IMG/VR virus record: IMGVR_UViG_3300027708_001885 | Location: 1-64,000 of that record | Direction: 5' to 3' (one strand) | Source: a virus | DNA length: 64,000 bases | Shown: positions 10,962-21,404 of the stretch, one piece after another | Position numbering within the stretch: position 1 is the first letter of the stretch | Layout of the letters: the number at the start of each line of letters is the position of its first letter | The notes under the pieces: model-generated | What the model saw: only the letters and a program-made list of their open reading frames with translations | What the model was told of the DNA's origin: nothing | Databases searched by the model: none | Made by a program: the position numbers and the translations under genes

Positions 10962-11654
10962 TTATGCCACCAATGCGTTCTCCCGTAGTATGAATTCCTC
11001 TACCTTTTTAATATTGCCGCTTAGGAATAAACCCGCCATGCTGAGCATTTTATCGTCTTCTACATACATAAACGGGTCTTGCACATACCATTTAGTACCT
11101 TTTAACCAATCATAACTAGAATCGCTGATCTCTATCTTATCGTAATACTTGTTTGCCCATACTAGGAACGCAGCTCGTTTATCCGCCGGAAACTTATTCT
11201 TAAAAAATACACGATATCTGTACTTTTCTTTGGGCAGATTATCTCGTAGAATCTTTTTATGTCCGTTATCTAACATAAATTCTAATTCTTCTAGGCTAGT
11301 AGGTCCTACAATCTTCCTAACCCATTGACTAACAGCATTATCAATTTCCTCAAGAATAGCAGGATCTTTACAGAATAGATTAAAGTGAGATCCTTCTACT
11401 CTGATCTGAATTTCTTCTTTTCTTTCCAGAAACGGTTGCACTGCATTAATAAATGCTAAAAACTGTTTAGGTTCTGGTTTGGCATAATAACTGCCAAATG
11501 TCATACCTTTACCAGTGGCACACCATTGTTTGCAATGTAACAGTCCACTGTGTACAATTCTACTGGCCCCATTCTGAAGACATTCAACTTTATAGGGCCA
11601 TTTGTTATAGAATAATTTACTCGACTTCAGCTTTGTTATCTGGGTTTTCATCAA
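10962..11654 (-). CDS. Hypothetical protein
   Basis: 230-aa ORF overlapping the clpA end. Confidence 0.7.
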   Translation of the reverse strand: MMKTQITKLKSSKLFYNKWPYKVECLQNGASRIVHSGLLHCKQWCATGKGMTFGSYYAKPEPKQFLAFINAVQPFLERKEEIQIRVEGSHFNLFCKDPAILEEIDNAVSQWVRKIVGPTSLEELEFMLDNGHKKILRDNLPKEKYRYRVFFKNKFPADKRAAFLVWANKYYDKIEISDSSYDWLKGTKWYVQDPFMYVEDDKMLSMAGLFLSGNIKKVEEFILRENALVA

Positions 11655-13902
11655 TTACCTTTGTTTTCTCAACGGGTAAAACATCAACAATAACAAGTTT
11701 TAGCTTGTCCTTTTCTACAACTACATCGACAACACCGCCATTGGTTAGCTTGCCAAACAAGATTTCCTTACTCAACGGCTTCTTGATGTATTCATCAATA
11801 GTGCGTTGCAAAGGCCGAGCACCCATTTTGGCATTAAAGCCTTTGGCAATCAAATACTCAACAGCTTCTGCATTGGGTTTAACGTGAATGTTTTTATCTT
11901 TGACTAGTGCATTAAGTTCGTCGATAAACTTTTTAACAACTTTGATCATATTGACTTGATCCAATTTGCCAAACTTAACAATACCATCTAAACGATTGCG
12001 GAATTCTGGGGCAAAGAATTTATTAACAGCATCCTTAGGATCGCTGTCACGTTCCAAACTACCAAAACCTACACCATTCTTTTCAGCATCAACAGCACCT
12101 AAATTGCTTGTCATAATGATAATGGCATTACGTCCATCTGCTTTCTTACCATTGCTGCCGGTAATGAAACCATTGTCCATCAATTGCAGCATAACAGTTA
12201 GTACATCCGGGTGAGCCTTTTCAACTTCATCTAGCAACAGGATACAGTTGGGATGTTCTTGCAGGTTAGTAATCAACTGTCCTGCATTATCATCAAATCC
12301 AACATATCCGGGAGGAGCACCAATGAATTTGGCAACACTGTGTTTCTCTTGGAATTCGCTCATATCAAATCGTACAAGTTTAACACTCATATTGCTGGCA
12401 AGTTGTTTGGCTACTTCTGTCTTACCAACACCAGTAGGACCAACAAATAAGAAGCTACCAATAGGTTTATTAACTGCCTTTAGTCCGGCCTGTGCAATAA
12501 AAATCTTATCCAGCAAACTTTCAATAGCACTTTCCTGACCAAATACTTTACTGCGTAGATTCTTTTCAAGGCCGGCAATATTGGAACCTTCTTTGGCGCC
12601 GATTTGTTCTACTGGCAAGTTGGCAATTTTAGCCACTTCAAATAGGATCTCGTCGTGATCTACAACACCGTTTTCTTCGTCTTTAACTTTAAATCTGGCA
12701 CAGGCACAGTCGATTAGGTCAATAGCCTTGTCGGGCAATTTCTTATCACTCATGTACTTTACAGAGTATGTGACAGCATCAATAATTGCCTGATTAGTGA
12801 TCTTAACGTTGTGATGTTTTTCGTAATACTTTTTAAGACCTTTAAGGATTTTAATACAGGTTGCTTCACTTGGCTCATCAACGGTGACACGTTGGAATCG
12901 ACGCATCAGGGCACGATCCTTTTCAAAGTGTTTACGGAACTCTTCCCATGTTGTACTAGCAATAACTTTTAATGTGCCTTTGCTCAATGCAGGCTTTAAC
13001 ATATTGGCCATGTCGTTGCTACTGCCGTTGGCTGCACCTGCTCCACTCATCATGTGTGCTTCGTCGATAAACAGGATACACTTGCCTTTCTTTTCAATAG
13101 CCCCAATGATGGCCTTTAGGCGTTCTTCAAAGTCTCCACGATATTTGCTGCCTGCTAGGATGGCACTGATGTCAAGATTATAAACAGTGTGATCCTGAAT
13201 AAATTTAGGAACACTGCCCTCTACAATCTTACGTGCCAGTCCTTCTGCAATAGCAGTTTTACCCACACCCGGATCGCCAATGAGCATTACGTTGGCCTTA
13301 TTTCTACGAGCCAATACCAATTGTAGTTCTTCAATTTCTTTTTCACGTCCAATAACCGGGTCAATCTTCTTGGCCTTGGCACGGGCAGTTAAGTTTGTGC
13401 AGAACTGACTAATCATTTTCTCAATTTGAGGATTCTTGTGATTTTCTTTTTCTTCAGCTTCTTCTTCTTTAATAATTTCTTTTTGTAGGAAACTTAAGAA
13501 CTTATCTTTGTCGATATTTGCTTTACGAATAAAATATAATGCATAACTTTTCTTTTCTGCAAACATACTGATAAAACAATCAACAGGTTCGATAACCTGA
13601 CGTCCACTAAACAATACATGTGTAAATGCGCGATTTAATACTTTATCAACAGTGCTGGTCTTTTTAGGTCTATCAATTTGTTTATTGACAATTTCTTTTA
13701 AGTCATCTGTAATAAAATCATTTACTTCTTTGGTTAATGTTTTAACATCTGCACCGAATCCAGTTAGTAATTTTGCAAAAGATTCGTGTGTGACTAGGCT
13801 ATATAAAAAATGTTCAAGAGTGACATACTCATGATTGTGTTCTCCTGCCTTTGCAACTGCGGAATCGAAAATTTGTTCTAAGTCTTTGTTTGGTTGTAGC
13901 AT
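11617..13902 (-). CDS. clpA: ATP-dependent Clp protease ATPase subunit ClpA
   Basis: Clp N domain, two AAA+ modules (GDPGVGKT, GPTGVGKT), FDMSEF, GAPPGYVG, VGF ClpP-docking loop. Confidence 0.95.
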   Translation of the reverse strand: MLQPNKDLEQIFDSAVAKAGEHNHEYVTLEHFLYSLVTHESFAKLLTGFGADVKTLTKEVNDFITDDLKEIVNKQIDRPKKTSTVDKVLNRAFTHVLFSGRQVIEPVDCFISMFAEKKSYALYFIRKANIDKDKFLSFLQKEIIKEEEAEEKENHKNPQIEKMISQFCTNLTARAKAKKIDPVIGREKEIEELQLVLARRNKANVMLIGDPGVGKTAIAEGLARKIVEGSVPKFIQDHTVYNLDISAILAGSKYRGDFEERLKAIIGAIEKKGKCILFIDEAHMMSGAGAANGSSNDMANMLKPALSKGTLKVIASTTWEEFRKHFEKDRALMRRFQRVTVDEPSEATCIKILKGLKKYYEKHHNVKITNQAIIDAVTYSVKYMSDKKLPDKAIDLIDCACARFKVKDEENGVVDHDEILFEVAKIANLPVEQIGAKEGSNIAGLEKNLRSKVFGQESAIESLLDKIFIAQAGLKAVNKPIGSFLFVGPTGVGKTEVAKQLASNMSVKLVRFDMSEFQEKHSVAKFIGAPPGYVGFDDNAGQLITNLQEHPNCILLLDEVEKAHPDVLTVMLQLMDNGFITGSNGKKADGRNAIIIMTSNLGAVDAEKNGVGFGSLERDSDPKDAVNKFFAPEFRNRLDGIVKFGKLDQVNMIKVVKKFIDELNALVKDKNIHVKPNAEAVEYLIAKGFNAKMGARPLQRTIDEYIKKPLSKEILFGKLTNGGVVDVVVEKDKLKLVIVDVLPVEKTKVIDENPDNKAEVE

Positions 13903-13922
13903 CTATTGTCCTTCTACGATAT

Positions 13923-14747
13923 TTAAGAAACTATTTGTCTGATGAGATCTTTTTGACCTTCTGTGAGGTCAGTTGGCACAGTTATTTTAATTTCTAAAAG
14001 TAATCTACCCTTCATTCGATTGTCGCCCATATGAGGCATGCCATAGTTTTGCACAGCTAATATTTGTCCATTCTGTGTTCCTGGAGCTATGTTAATTTCT
14101 AAACTTCGATTATCTAAAGTCTCAAAAGTCATTGTTTTGCCTAAAATTGCATCAAAACAACTTATAGATATTGATCTAAATAAATCATCCCCTTGTCGTT
14201 GATATAAATGGTGCGGCTGAATATTAACAGTTAAGTGAATATCCCCTCTGGGTACATTTGGATAAGTATCTTCTCCCATACCTGCAAGTCGAAGAGTTGT
14301 GCCGTCGCGAACGCCTGCCGGAATTTTTACTTCAAATACTTGATCAGCTCCGGAAGGTAGCCTTATACTCGCAACCACATCTTTTCCAGTATATGCTTCT
14401 TCAAGAGTAATAACAGTTTGTAGATTAAGGTTCCTATTACGTTGTGGTTGTTGTCTAAATCCCTGGCCAAAGAAAGGATTGCTTCCGAACATTTGAGCAA
14501 ACATATCCTCAAATCCGGGAGGAGGTCCCCCAAATCCGCCCGGAAACCCTTGCGGCTGCGGGTTGTCGTATTGTTGTCGTTTGCCAGGATCGCTTAGAGT
14601 TTCGTATGCTGCCTGCACCTCTTGGAACTTGGCAGTATCACCTCCGCGATCTGGGTGATGTTGCGCCGCCAATTTGCGATACGCACGTTTGATGTCATCG
14701 GGGCTTGCGCCTTGGTCAACGCCCAGTGTTTGATAATGGTTAGTCAT
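13923..14747 (-). CDS. dnaJ: DnaJ/CbpA-type co-chaperone
   Basis: J domain with HPD, G/F region, C-terminal domain, no zinc finger. Confidence 0.92.
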   Translation of the reverse strand: MTNHYQTLGVDQGASPDDIKRAYRKLAAQHHPDRGGDTAKFQEVQAAYETLSDPGKRQQYDNPQPQGFPGGFGGPPPGFEDMFAQMFGSNPFFGQGFRQQPQRNRNLNLQTVITLEEAYTGKDVVASIRLPSGADQVFEVKIPAGVRDGTTLRLAGMGEDTYPNVPRGDIHLTVNIQPHHLYQRQGDDLFRSISISCFDAILGKTMTFETLDNRSLEINIAPGTQNGQILAVQNYGMPHMGDNRMKGRLLLEIKITVPTDLTEGQKDLIRQIVS

Positions 14748-14768
14748 AATAGAAAAAAGGTATAGTAA

Positions 14769-14797
14769 ATTATACTATACCCTTTGGGTGATGTCAA
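14769..14797 (-). promoter_or_regulatory. sigma70 promoter overlapping a terminator-like hairpin
   Basis: TTGACA-17-TATAAT; -10 lies within a GGTATAGTA/TACTATACC inverted repeat followed by a U tract. Confidence 0.8.
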
Positions 14798-14802
14798 GAC
14801 TT

Positions 14803-15003
14803 TTATTTCTTAACTGGAACTTCTGTTCCCTCTAATTTTTTATGCACTTTGACTACTTTGCATTCTTGTACAGCTTTACCATCTTTCATAACTGGCTTAC
14901 CTGCTTTGTCCATTTTGTCATGGCATACTTCTTTCTTTTCTGCTTCGGCAAATGCCATTCCAACAAATGCTGTTGCTAATAATGCTACTAATAATTTTTT
15001 CAT
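14803..15003 (-). CDS. Small secreted protein
   Basis: Signal peptide MKKLLVALLATAFVGMAFA, two Cys. Confidence 0.7.
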   Translation of the reverse strand: MKKLLVALLATAFVGMAFAEAEKKEVCHDKMDKAGKPVMKDGKAVQECKVVKVHKKLEGTEVPVKK

Positions 15004-15014
15004 TTTAATTTCCT

Positions 15015-15584
15015 TTAAATTGCTGGTTGAGGTGCTGGCGCTGGTGCTGGCTTTCCTCCAAATCCTGCCACGACTGCTGGTGTAGCCGCTGGCGCTCCAA
15101 ATCCTGCACTGCTACCAAAGCCTGCTGCTGGTGCTGGAGAACCGAAGCCCCCTGGTGCTGCACCAAATCCTGCTGACGGTGCGCCAAGTGTTGTTGCCCC
15201 GCTCGCAAATCCTGTTGTTGGTGTTGTTGAACCGAATCCGCCATTTGATGATCCTCCGTTAGTCGGTGTTGGGTTTGGTGGACGCTCCCATCCCGAGTTT
15301 GCTGCCTTTAATGCCATAGACTGTGCTTCTTTATCGCCTGGGCTCGCTAACATAATACCAGATAGTGTACCTGTTAAAAATGTGGCAATTGGGATAATAA
15401 GTTCAAAGAATTTAGAGTCAATTGGACTAATTGCGTTAAGTGGTTGTGTTACAAAAATCAGTGAATACAATACAACAAATACAATGCCAAACAATGTCAA
15501 TGATAGACAAATGCCGATAAAGAATTTTAGTCGAGCCATTAGCTGCTCTTCAGTATAAATCATAGGGGTTTTATTATTTTCCAC
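15015..15584 (-). CDS. Two-TM membrane protein with Gly/Ala/Pro-rich tail (holin candidate)
   Basis: GTG start after AAGGAG; two hydrophobic helices; in lysis cluster. Confidence 0.6.
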   Translation of the reverse strand: MENNKTPMIYTEEQLMARLKFFIGICLSLTLFGIVFVVLYSLIFVTQPLNAISPIDSKFFELIIPIATFLTGTLSGIMLASPGDKEAQSMALKAANSGWERPPNPTPTNGGSSNGGFGSTTPTTGFASGATTLGAPSAGFGAAPGGFGSPAPAAGFGSSAGFGAPAATPAVVAGFGGKPAPAPAPQPAI

Positions 15585-15888
15585 AGTTTGCTCCTTGTGT
15601 TGGTTGTGCCACACATGCACTCGGTGCAGCACTCGGTGCCGCAAAGTTTTGAGTAGGTGTTTGAGGTTGTCCATCTTTTGGTGGTCCTAATCTTGGGTCA
15701 CGTTGACCTTTAAAAATATGTTCTGGGCAAGTTCTTGTGACATCGCAAATTGGCGGCTTACAAAAATCTTTATCCCAGTTTGCCGGGTCCTGACATGGGT
15801 AGCGGAATCTATCGCCACTACACATTGCCAATCCTAAGGGTAATACTAATAATAGTAGTATATATTTAACTAGTTTGTGATCTGTCAT
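15574..15888 (-). CDS. Cys-rich exported/lipoprotein
   Basis: Hydrophobic leader ending LAMC; RYPCQDP..C..C..C. Confidence 0.6.
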   Translation of the reverse strand: MTDHKLVKYILLLLVLPLGLAMCSGDRFRYPCQDPANWDKDFCKPPICDVTRTCPEHIFKGQRDPRLGPPKDGQPQTPTQNFAAPSAAPSACVAQPTQGANCGK

Positions 15889-15892
15889 AAAA

Positions 15893-16516
15893 TTATGCTC
15901 CCATTACGTGTAGCGCATGTGTATAATGAGCCTCTCTATCAGAAAGTCCAATAGTGCCGCCATTGATACGTTTGGTCATTGTTAGAATATCGCCCTTGTC
16001 AGCAAATTGGTTTAGATTGTTGCTTTCCCAAAACCAGCAGGCTGACTGTGCTGCCCCTTCAAAAGTTGCTAGATATTCTGGCAAATCATCGATGTGTGTT
16101 TCGATACTGTCAGCAAATGCTTGGTAATTGCTACGACCAGTTAATTGGATTAGACCACGACCGCAGTAGCGATATCCGTCACCAGATTCTTCTGGACCGT
16201 TGCCCATGCGTCCCCCATATACACGGTTGGCAATCATTTCCTGTTTGCCTGCATATTGATTAGCAATATCATCGTTGGGGAAATACTTAGGAAATACACG
16301 GCGTAGGCTTGCTGCCTTGTAGTTTAAGTTTTCTTTTAATGCACGAAAACCACCACTCTCGTGAGCACATTGTGCCATGAATGCTGCTACTCGAGGTGGA
16401 GTATTGATATCATAATCTGGCAACGCTTGTTCTAAGGCGTGATACCAAAAATCCAAATAGGGATTTCCTGGTAATAGTTGTGCTAATTGAGACTTGCTCA
16501 AAATAAAATCTGCCAT
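15893..16516 (-). CDS. Glycoside hydrolase family 19 endolysin
   Basis: AQCAHES, ENLNY, GRGLIQLTGR.NY, TKRINGG. Confidence 0.92.
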   Translation of the reverse strand: MADFILSKSQLAQLLPGNPYLDFWYHALEQALPDYDINTPPRVAAFMAQCAHESGGFRALKENLNYKAASLRRVFPKYFPNDDIANQYAGKQEMIANRVYGGRMGNGPEESGDGYRYCGRGLIQLTGRSNYQAFADSIETHIDDLPEYLATFEGAAQSACWFWESNNLNQFADKGDILTMTKRINGGTIGLSDREAHYTHALHVMGA

Positions 16517-16779
16517 TATTTTACCTCTTCAAAAATATGTTTTTGTATTTGATACCATTCTATCCATGCATCATTCTTGACTGCACATTCGTAATAGGTA
16601 GTATAGTTTTGTACCACAGTTTTTGTCAGTACGCTAAAGACTGTTGTTTCTGTATCGATAGTTTTTAACTGTGGACATTTTTCCATTAATACATTAGGTA
16701 CTTCTGGAAACTTACGTGCAACAGGAACAGATGTACATCCTGTTAAACACAGTAACAGTGCAATGATATAATATTTCAT
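16516..16779 (-). CDS. Outer-membrane spanin (o-spanin) lipoprotein
   Basis: Lipobox LTGC, Pro-rich, adjacent to endolysin. Confidence 0.75.
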   Translation of the reverse strand: MKYYIIALLLCLTGCTSVPVARKFPEVPNVLMEKCPQLKTIDTETTVFSVLTKTVVQNYTTYYECAVKNDAWIEWYQIQKHIFEEVK

Positions 16780-17216
16780 TTCTTGTCTCCTGGTGTCGCA
16801 GCATCGTTATGTGCCTTGACTACTTCTTTAGGCACTGGACAAGTGTTGTCGTATTTTGTAATTTCTCGATCTACATATTGAACAATGTCGTTGCCACGCT
16901 GTTTGTAGTATTCTGTTTTTGTTACAACCTTGTTAACAATTTTTACATTTTCTTCTTTGCTCTTTTCTTCAGCAACTGCAATCTTAGCTTCTAGTTCTTT
17001 AACACGAGCTTGCCATTTTGCTTCATTGGCCATCCCACCTTCCATCCAAATGCCAAGTAGCACAGCGGCTATGCCACCGTATTGTAAGGGAATTCTGTAG
17101 CTACTGACAAGAGGAATATTTTTTAATAATAGTGCTGCTCCTACTGCAACAATACCTGCCACAGTTAATAGGTGCCAAACAAAGTCAGGCAAAAAAGATA
17201 GTAGCCACATTACCAA
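16776..17216 (-). CDS. Inner-membrane spanin (i-spanin)
   Basis: N-terminal TM segments, coiled coil, C-terminal Cys. Confidence 0.72.
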   Translation of the reverse strand: MVMWLLSFLPDFVWHLLTVAGIVAVGAALLLKNIPLVSSYRIPLQYGGIAAVLLGIWMEGGMANEAKWQARVKELEAKIAVAEEKSKEENVKIVNKVVTKTEYYKQRGNDIVQYVDREITKYDNTCPVPKEVVKAHNDAATPGDKK

Positions 17217-17965
17217 CGATCCTTTTCGATTACAACAGCCTTGCTTCCGTTTCTAATTAAAAATTTATTACCCATTTTGTTGATATCGTAGTTGCCTAAA
17301 AATTTGTTCAAAAAGAGCATCTGGCATTGACTAGACTCATCTAAACTTAATTTACCAGGAACACTGTCTTTAACATCCTCATACTCACCAATTGCAATAA
17401 ACTTTGCACTAATATCACCCGCATATGGTTTGGTAAAAGTTATTGTATTATTTTCATCTAGGGTTAAATCTGTAGCACCTTGATTAAAGAATTCTTTAAC
17501 ATCACTTTCTTTAATAGCGAGTACTTTTGCTTGATAGTCTTCTTTGGTTAATGGAATATTTTTAACAACAGAATCTTCATTAAATTCTACACTTTCCGGA
17601 GCTGTTTGATAACGAAACCGCCAATTACGATTATCAGCTAATTGTCCAATACCTCTTAGCAATTCTCTCATTTGTTCAGCTAATTGAGGAGTCCTTTGAA
17701 TTTCGACAAATACTTGATACTGTCCGTCATGTTCTTCTCCGGCACTGACATCTGCATCTAAAATAAAAGGATAACCTTTCTCAATAAATTCCATCATATC
17801 AACTGCTGGATTCTTTTCCTTTACACGGAAACCTAGGACGACAATGTCTTGATCCTCACCCATTTTGCTACTGTATCTATCTACAGTAAAGATTTCGGAT
17901 ACGTAGTCTTTTAGATCTCCGGATCTAAGGCCTTCATTAAGTTGTTGGTTGTTGTGCTGATACAT
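17210..17965 (-). CDS. Hypothetical protein
   Basis: Long ORF, likely start MYQH. Confidence 0.7.
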   Translation of the reverse strand: MYQHNNQQLNEGLRSGDLKDYVSEIFTVDRYSSKMGEDQDIVVLGFRVKEKNPAVDMMEFIEKGYPFILDADVSAGEEHDGQYQVFVEIQRTPQLAEQMRELLRGIGQLADNRNWRFRYQTAPESVEFNEDSVVKNIPLTKEDYQAKVLAIKESDVKEFFNQGATDLTLDENNTITFTKPYAGDISAKFIAIGEYEDVKDSVPGKLSLDESSQCQMLFLNKFLGNYDINKMGNKFLIRNGSKAVVIEKDRW

Positions 17966-18467
17966 CTGTCGGCGCCTCCTGTGCTGCGGTGTCAGCATTT
18001 ATTTCAGTTGTGCTGTATTTCATTAATTCGGCCATTCTATTATTTTCTTTGTTATCTTTGCCTATATTAACATCTTGCATTAATTTCTTAGGCATGGTAA
18101 TTGTCACAGTCCAAATAGGATGTGCGTCAATTTTTCCTTTTTTAGTGCCAGGTCGGAAATCACCTGGTTCTTTGATCTTACGTGGGACCATGATTTCTTC
18201 TTTGGCATATACAACTTTACAACCGTAGTCGTTCAATCTCTTACCACCTTCTGGATCGGGCATATGCTTGCGATCCCACATCAACTTGCAGGTCACTGCA
18301 TAACGATCAACATCGGGACCTGTGACAATTTCACCGTCTTCCCAGTTTTTAAAGACGTAGATGTCCAACTCGTCGAGTACTCGTTCGAAGTCTTTTAGTA
18401 CTTTAAATGCAGAGTTATTCTCGCTAAGTGTTTGTAAATTTTTAATAACATCAATTATATCAGGCAT
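17937..18467 (-). CDS. Hypothetical protein
   Basis: ORF with TAAATA upstream. Confidence 0.7.
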   Translation of the reverse strand: MPDIIDVIKNLQTLSENNSAFKVLKDFERVLDELDIYVFKNWEDGEIVTGPDVDRYAVTCKLMWDRKHMPDPEGGKRLNDYGCKVVYAKEEIMVPRKIKEPGDFRPGTKKGKIDAHPIWTVTITMPKKLMQDVNIGKDNKENNRMAELMKYSTTEINADTAAQEAPTDVSAQQPTT

Positions 18468-18594
18468 AATTTTTCTCTTTATGAAATATTTAGCTAAAAG
18501 ATACCAGGGAGCCGTTTTTGGCCTGTTTCAGGACTGATTTTGACTTTGGTCGTAAATACTTTGCAGGTTGATTCACTTTGATCAGGAGGTAAAT

Positions 18595-19341
18595 TTGCCT
18601 AGAACCAGAAGAAAAGAGCGGGACTTCCAACCGGATCCCCGATTCCAAGAGCGAGTTAGCAGTAACTTAATTCCTATTAAGCCTTACTTAAAAAAGAAGC
18701 GCGAAGTCAACATAGTTCCACGGAACTTGAGCCAGGAAACTTATTTAGAGCTACTCAAAAATCCCAAAAAGTATATTGTATTTGCCATCGGTCCTGCCGG
18801 TACAGGCAAGACTATGCTTGCGGTACAAATGGCCATTAAATTGTTTAAGGAGGGAACGATTAGTAAAATAATTGTAACAAGGCCAGCTGTTAGTGTTGAT
18901 GAAGAACATGGTTTCTTACCAGGGGACTTGAATGCCAAGATGGCTCCCTGGACCAGACCGATATTTGATGTATTCGAAGAATACTATCATCCAAAAGAAG
19001 TTGCAGAAATGCTGGAAGATGGTGCGATTGAAATATCGCCGCTAGCTTATATGCGTGGACGTACTTTTAAAAATGCATTCGTTATCGCTGACGAAATGCA
19101 GAATGCCACACCGTCACAGATGAAGATGTTATTGACCAGGATAGGAGATAATTCTAGAATGGTAGTTACAGGAGACTTAAATCAGGCTGACCGACCACGG
19201 GAAAACGGTTTGCTAGAATTTTGCGAATTATACGGCCGAGGAGGTGATTATCGTATGATCGGACTAGCAGAATTTGAGACTAAAGATGTCGAAAGACACC
19301 CTGTAGTTAAAGAAATTTTGAAGATTTATAACGAAGAGTAA
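18595..19341 (+). CDS. phoH: PhoH-like ATPase
   Basis: GPAGTGKT, TRPAV, GFLPGD, YMRGRT, DEMQN, TGDLNQ; TTG start after AGGAGG. Confidence 0.95.
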   Translation: MPRTRRKERDFQPDPRFQERVSSNLIPIKPYLKKKREVNIVPRNLSQETYLELLKNPKKYIVFAIGPAGTGKTMLAVQMAIKLFKEGTISKIIVTRPAVSVDEEHGFLPGDLNAKMAPWTRPIFDVFEEYYHPKEVAEMLEDGAIEISPLAYMRGRTFKNAFVIADEMQNATPSQMKMLLTRIGDNSRMVVTGDLNQADRPRENGLLEFCELYGRGGDYRMIGLAEFETKDVERHPVVKEILKIYNEE

Positions 19342-19348
19342 AGACTCG

Positions 19349-19399
19349 TAGAGCGAGCAAAACGATCAACCTGCCCCTCGTTGCTCGCTCTATTTTTTT
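19349..19399 (+). terminator. Intrinsic terminator between convergent genes
   Basis: TAGAGCGAGCAA/TTGCTCGCTCTA stem followed by T run. Confidence 0.8.
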
Positions 19400-20318
19400 A
19401 TTGCAGTCTTGCTAGTTTAATTAATGTAGATGCTAAATTTATCTCACTATCTGCACAGATAGTATGATCCACTAGACCTTGCTTAATGATGATAATGGCT
19501 TGATCCATTGTATCATCTGTTTTTCCAAACAGTTCAATATTATCGTACATCCAACGATAAATTTCTTCCATCTCTTCCGGGCGAGCCTTTGCACATACTA
19601 GTGTACGTGCTTCTCTGATCTTGCCCTTTTTAAACAGTTCGACCATTTCGATCTTATAGTCGGCCGTGCCTTCGATTGACCTAGGTGCAACAAGAGCATT
19701 ATCTTGATTAACGTTTTGTTGAACTGTATTGATACATTTACGCAGATCAGGATAAGTTGCTTTGACATAAGTGTCTAATGTGTCGAGATCAAAATCGATA
19801 TTTTCATCTACAAGAATTGTAGCAACACGAGCAGTGAATTCTGTTTGATCAGTTTTCTCAATGTGGAAACCTTGACAGCGACTATGCAGTGCAGGAATGA
19901 TTCTATTCTTGTAATTACAGGTTAGAATGAAACGGCTGTGATTACTGTATGTTTCCATAACACCACGCAAGATAGCCTGTGCATTAGGAGTCAAATAATC
20001 AGCCTCATCTAATAGTACAACCTTAAATGGGCCAAACGGAATCATCTGTACAAAATTAACAATCTTATCGCGAACTGTGTCTACATTGTTTTCACGTGAT
20101 GCGTTAATTTCTAATATATCAAATTCCTCAATGCCTAATTCATTTAGCAGTACTCTAGCCAATGTAGTTTTGCCGATACCTGCACTACCACTGAACAGCA
20201 AGTGTGGAATGCTGCCGTCTTTAACCCACGACTCTACCTGTGCTCGTTGATCGGCATCTCTAAACACATAGTCTTTAATTGTTTTTGGTCTATACGCTTC
20301 GACCCATAATTTCTTCAT
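19398..20318 (-). CDS. Sliding-clamp loader AAA+ subunit (T4 gp44/RFC-like)
   Basis: WVEAYRP, GSAGIGKTT, EINAS, LLDEAD, LHSRC. Confidence 0.93.
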   Translation of the reverse strand: MKKLWVEAYRPKTIKDYVFRDADQRAQVESWVKDGSIPHLLFSGSAGIGKTTLARVLLNELGIEEFDILEINASRENNVDTVRDKIVNFVQMIPFGPFKVVLLDEADYLTPNAQAILRGVMETYSNHSRFILTCNYKNRIIPALHSRCQGFHIEKTDQTEFTARVATILVDENIDFDLDTLDTYVKATYPDLRKCINTVQQNVNQDNALVAPRSIEGTADYKIEMVELFKKGKIREARTLVCAKARPEEMEEIYRWMYDNIELFGKTDDTMDQAIIIIKQGLVDHTICADSEINLASTLIKLARLQ

Positions 20319-20365
20319 AATTTTTCCTTTGTTGATTTAACACTACTATTATATTATAGCCTTCG

Positions 20366-20572
20366 TTAATACAGGTCATTGATAATGTCCTTTAGGGTCT
20401 GGAAATGTTCTTCTTCCAAACACATGTCAAACCGTGTGCGTTCCCCATTAGGATCTTTAGCACCATCATAGAATGTAGATACTCTAAGATATTTCATTTT
20501 AGCAGGAGTTTCGAGATCGCGGATCTCTAAGAATGTTTTCATTCCACCTACATCGCTAATTAGTCTTTTCAT
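20366..20572 (-). CDS. Hypothetical protein
   Basis: ORF in tight operon. Confidence 0.55.
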   Translation of the reverse strand: MKRLISDVGGMKTFLEIRDLETPAKMKYLRVSTFYDGAKDPNGERTRFDMCLEEEHFQTLKDIINDLY

Positions 20573-20943
20573 CGTAGTGCTTCCATTGTGATAATTTTAT
20601 CAATCTCTTTACCAAAGTCTTGTTCGCCGGTAATAATATACAGCCCAGTTTGGCTACGATCTTTCTGACGATCATAGCGGCGTGTCTCAACAACACGACC
20701 ACCGTTAGCATTGTAGACAGTAAATTGAATAGCACGTTCTGGTTGATCAATCTGTGGATCGCCTCGATCCAACCTGCCCGGAGTTACTGTTAACCCTATA
20801 TTATTCATATTAGCTCCCTCATCATCTCTACTACGCGATAGTAGACGTTTGATCCAACCTTGTCGCTTCTTAGGCTTTTGGACGTCTGAATCATACTTTT
20901 CTTCTACCATTGATTTTGTTGCATATGCTGTTGCATAATTCAT
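20569..20943 (-). CDS. Hypothetical protein
   Basis: ORF in tight operon. Confidence 0.65.
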   Translation of the reverse strand: MNYATAYATKSMVEEKYDSDVQKPKKRQGWIKRLLSRSRDDEGANMNNIGLTVTPGRLDRGDPQIDQPERAIQFTVYNANGGRVVETRRYDRQKDRSQTGLYIITGEQDFGKEIDKIITMEALR

Positions 20944-21404
20944 TTCTTAATCCTTTCTGCTTCTGCTACACGTTTGCGTAGACTTGATGAACTAAAACTA
21001 TGATCTCTACCGTTATACACGATTTCGATGCCCCGTGCTTTACAAATATCTTTACCTGTAAAATCTTTGTCTGCGTACTCTACACCTAATATTCTAACAT
21101 CAACAGGCAGAATTAGCAATAGGTCTTCGAGGTCTTTTTCTGTTTGATAAACAACAACTTCATCCACATTGCGATTAGTACTAACTTGTATTTGTCGCTC
21201 TACAATACTTTGGATTGGGGGATTCTTTGTTTCGGGGCGATCAATAGTTGGATCAGTTTGCAGTGCGGCAATAAGGTAGTCACAATGATTTTTGGCTTCA
21301 GCTAACATGGCCACATGCCCTGCGTGAAACAGATCAAAGCTACTGAATACAATACCAATTGTTAGCCCATCTTGTTTTAGTTGTTTTATTTTATTAAAAA
21401 TCAT
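20940..21404 (-). CDS. Cytidylyltransferase (TagD-like)
   Basis: FDLFHAGH, C-terminal R.HSFSSS.LRKR. Confidence 0.88.
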   Translation of the reverse strand: MIFNKIKQLKQDGLTIGIVFSSFDLFHAGHVAMLAEAKNHCDYLIAALQTDPTIDRPETKNPPIQSIVERQIQVSTNRNVDEVVVYQTEKDLEDLLLILPVDVRILGVEYADKDFTGKDICKARGIEIVYNGRDHSFSSSSLRKRVAEAERIKK

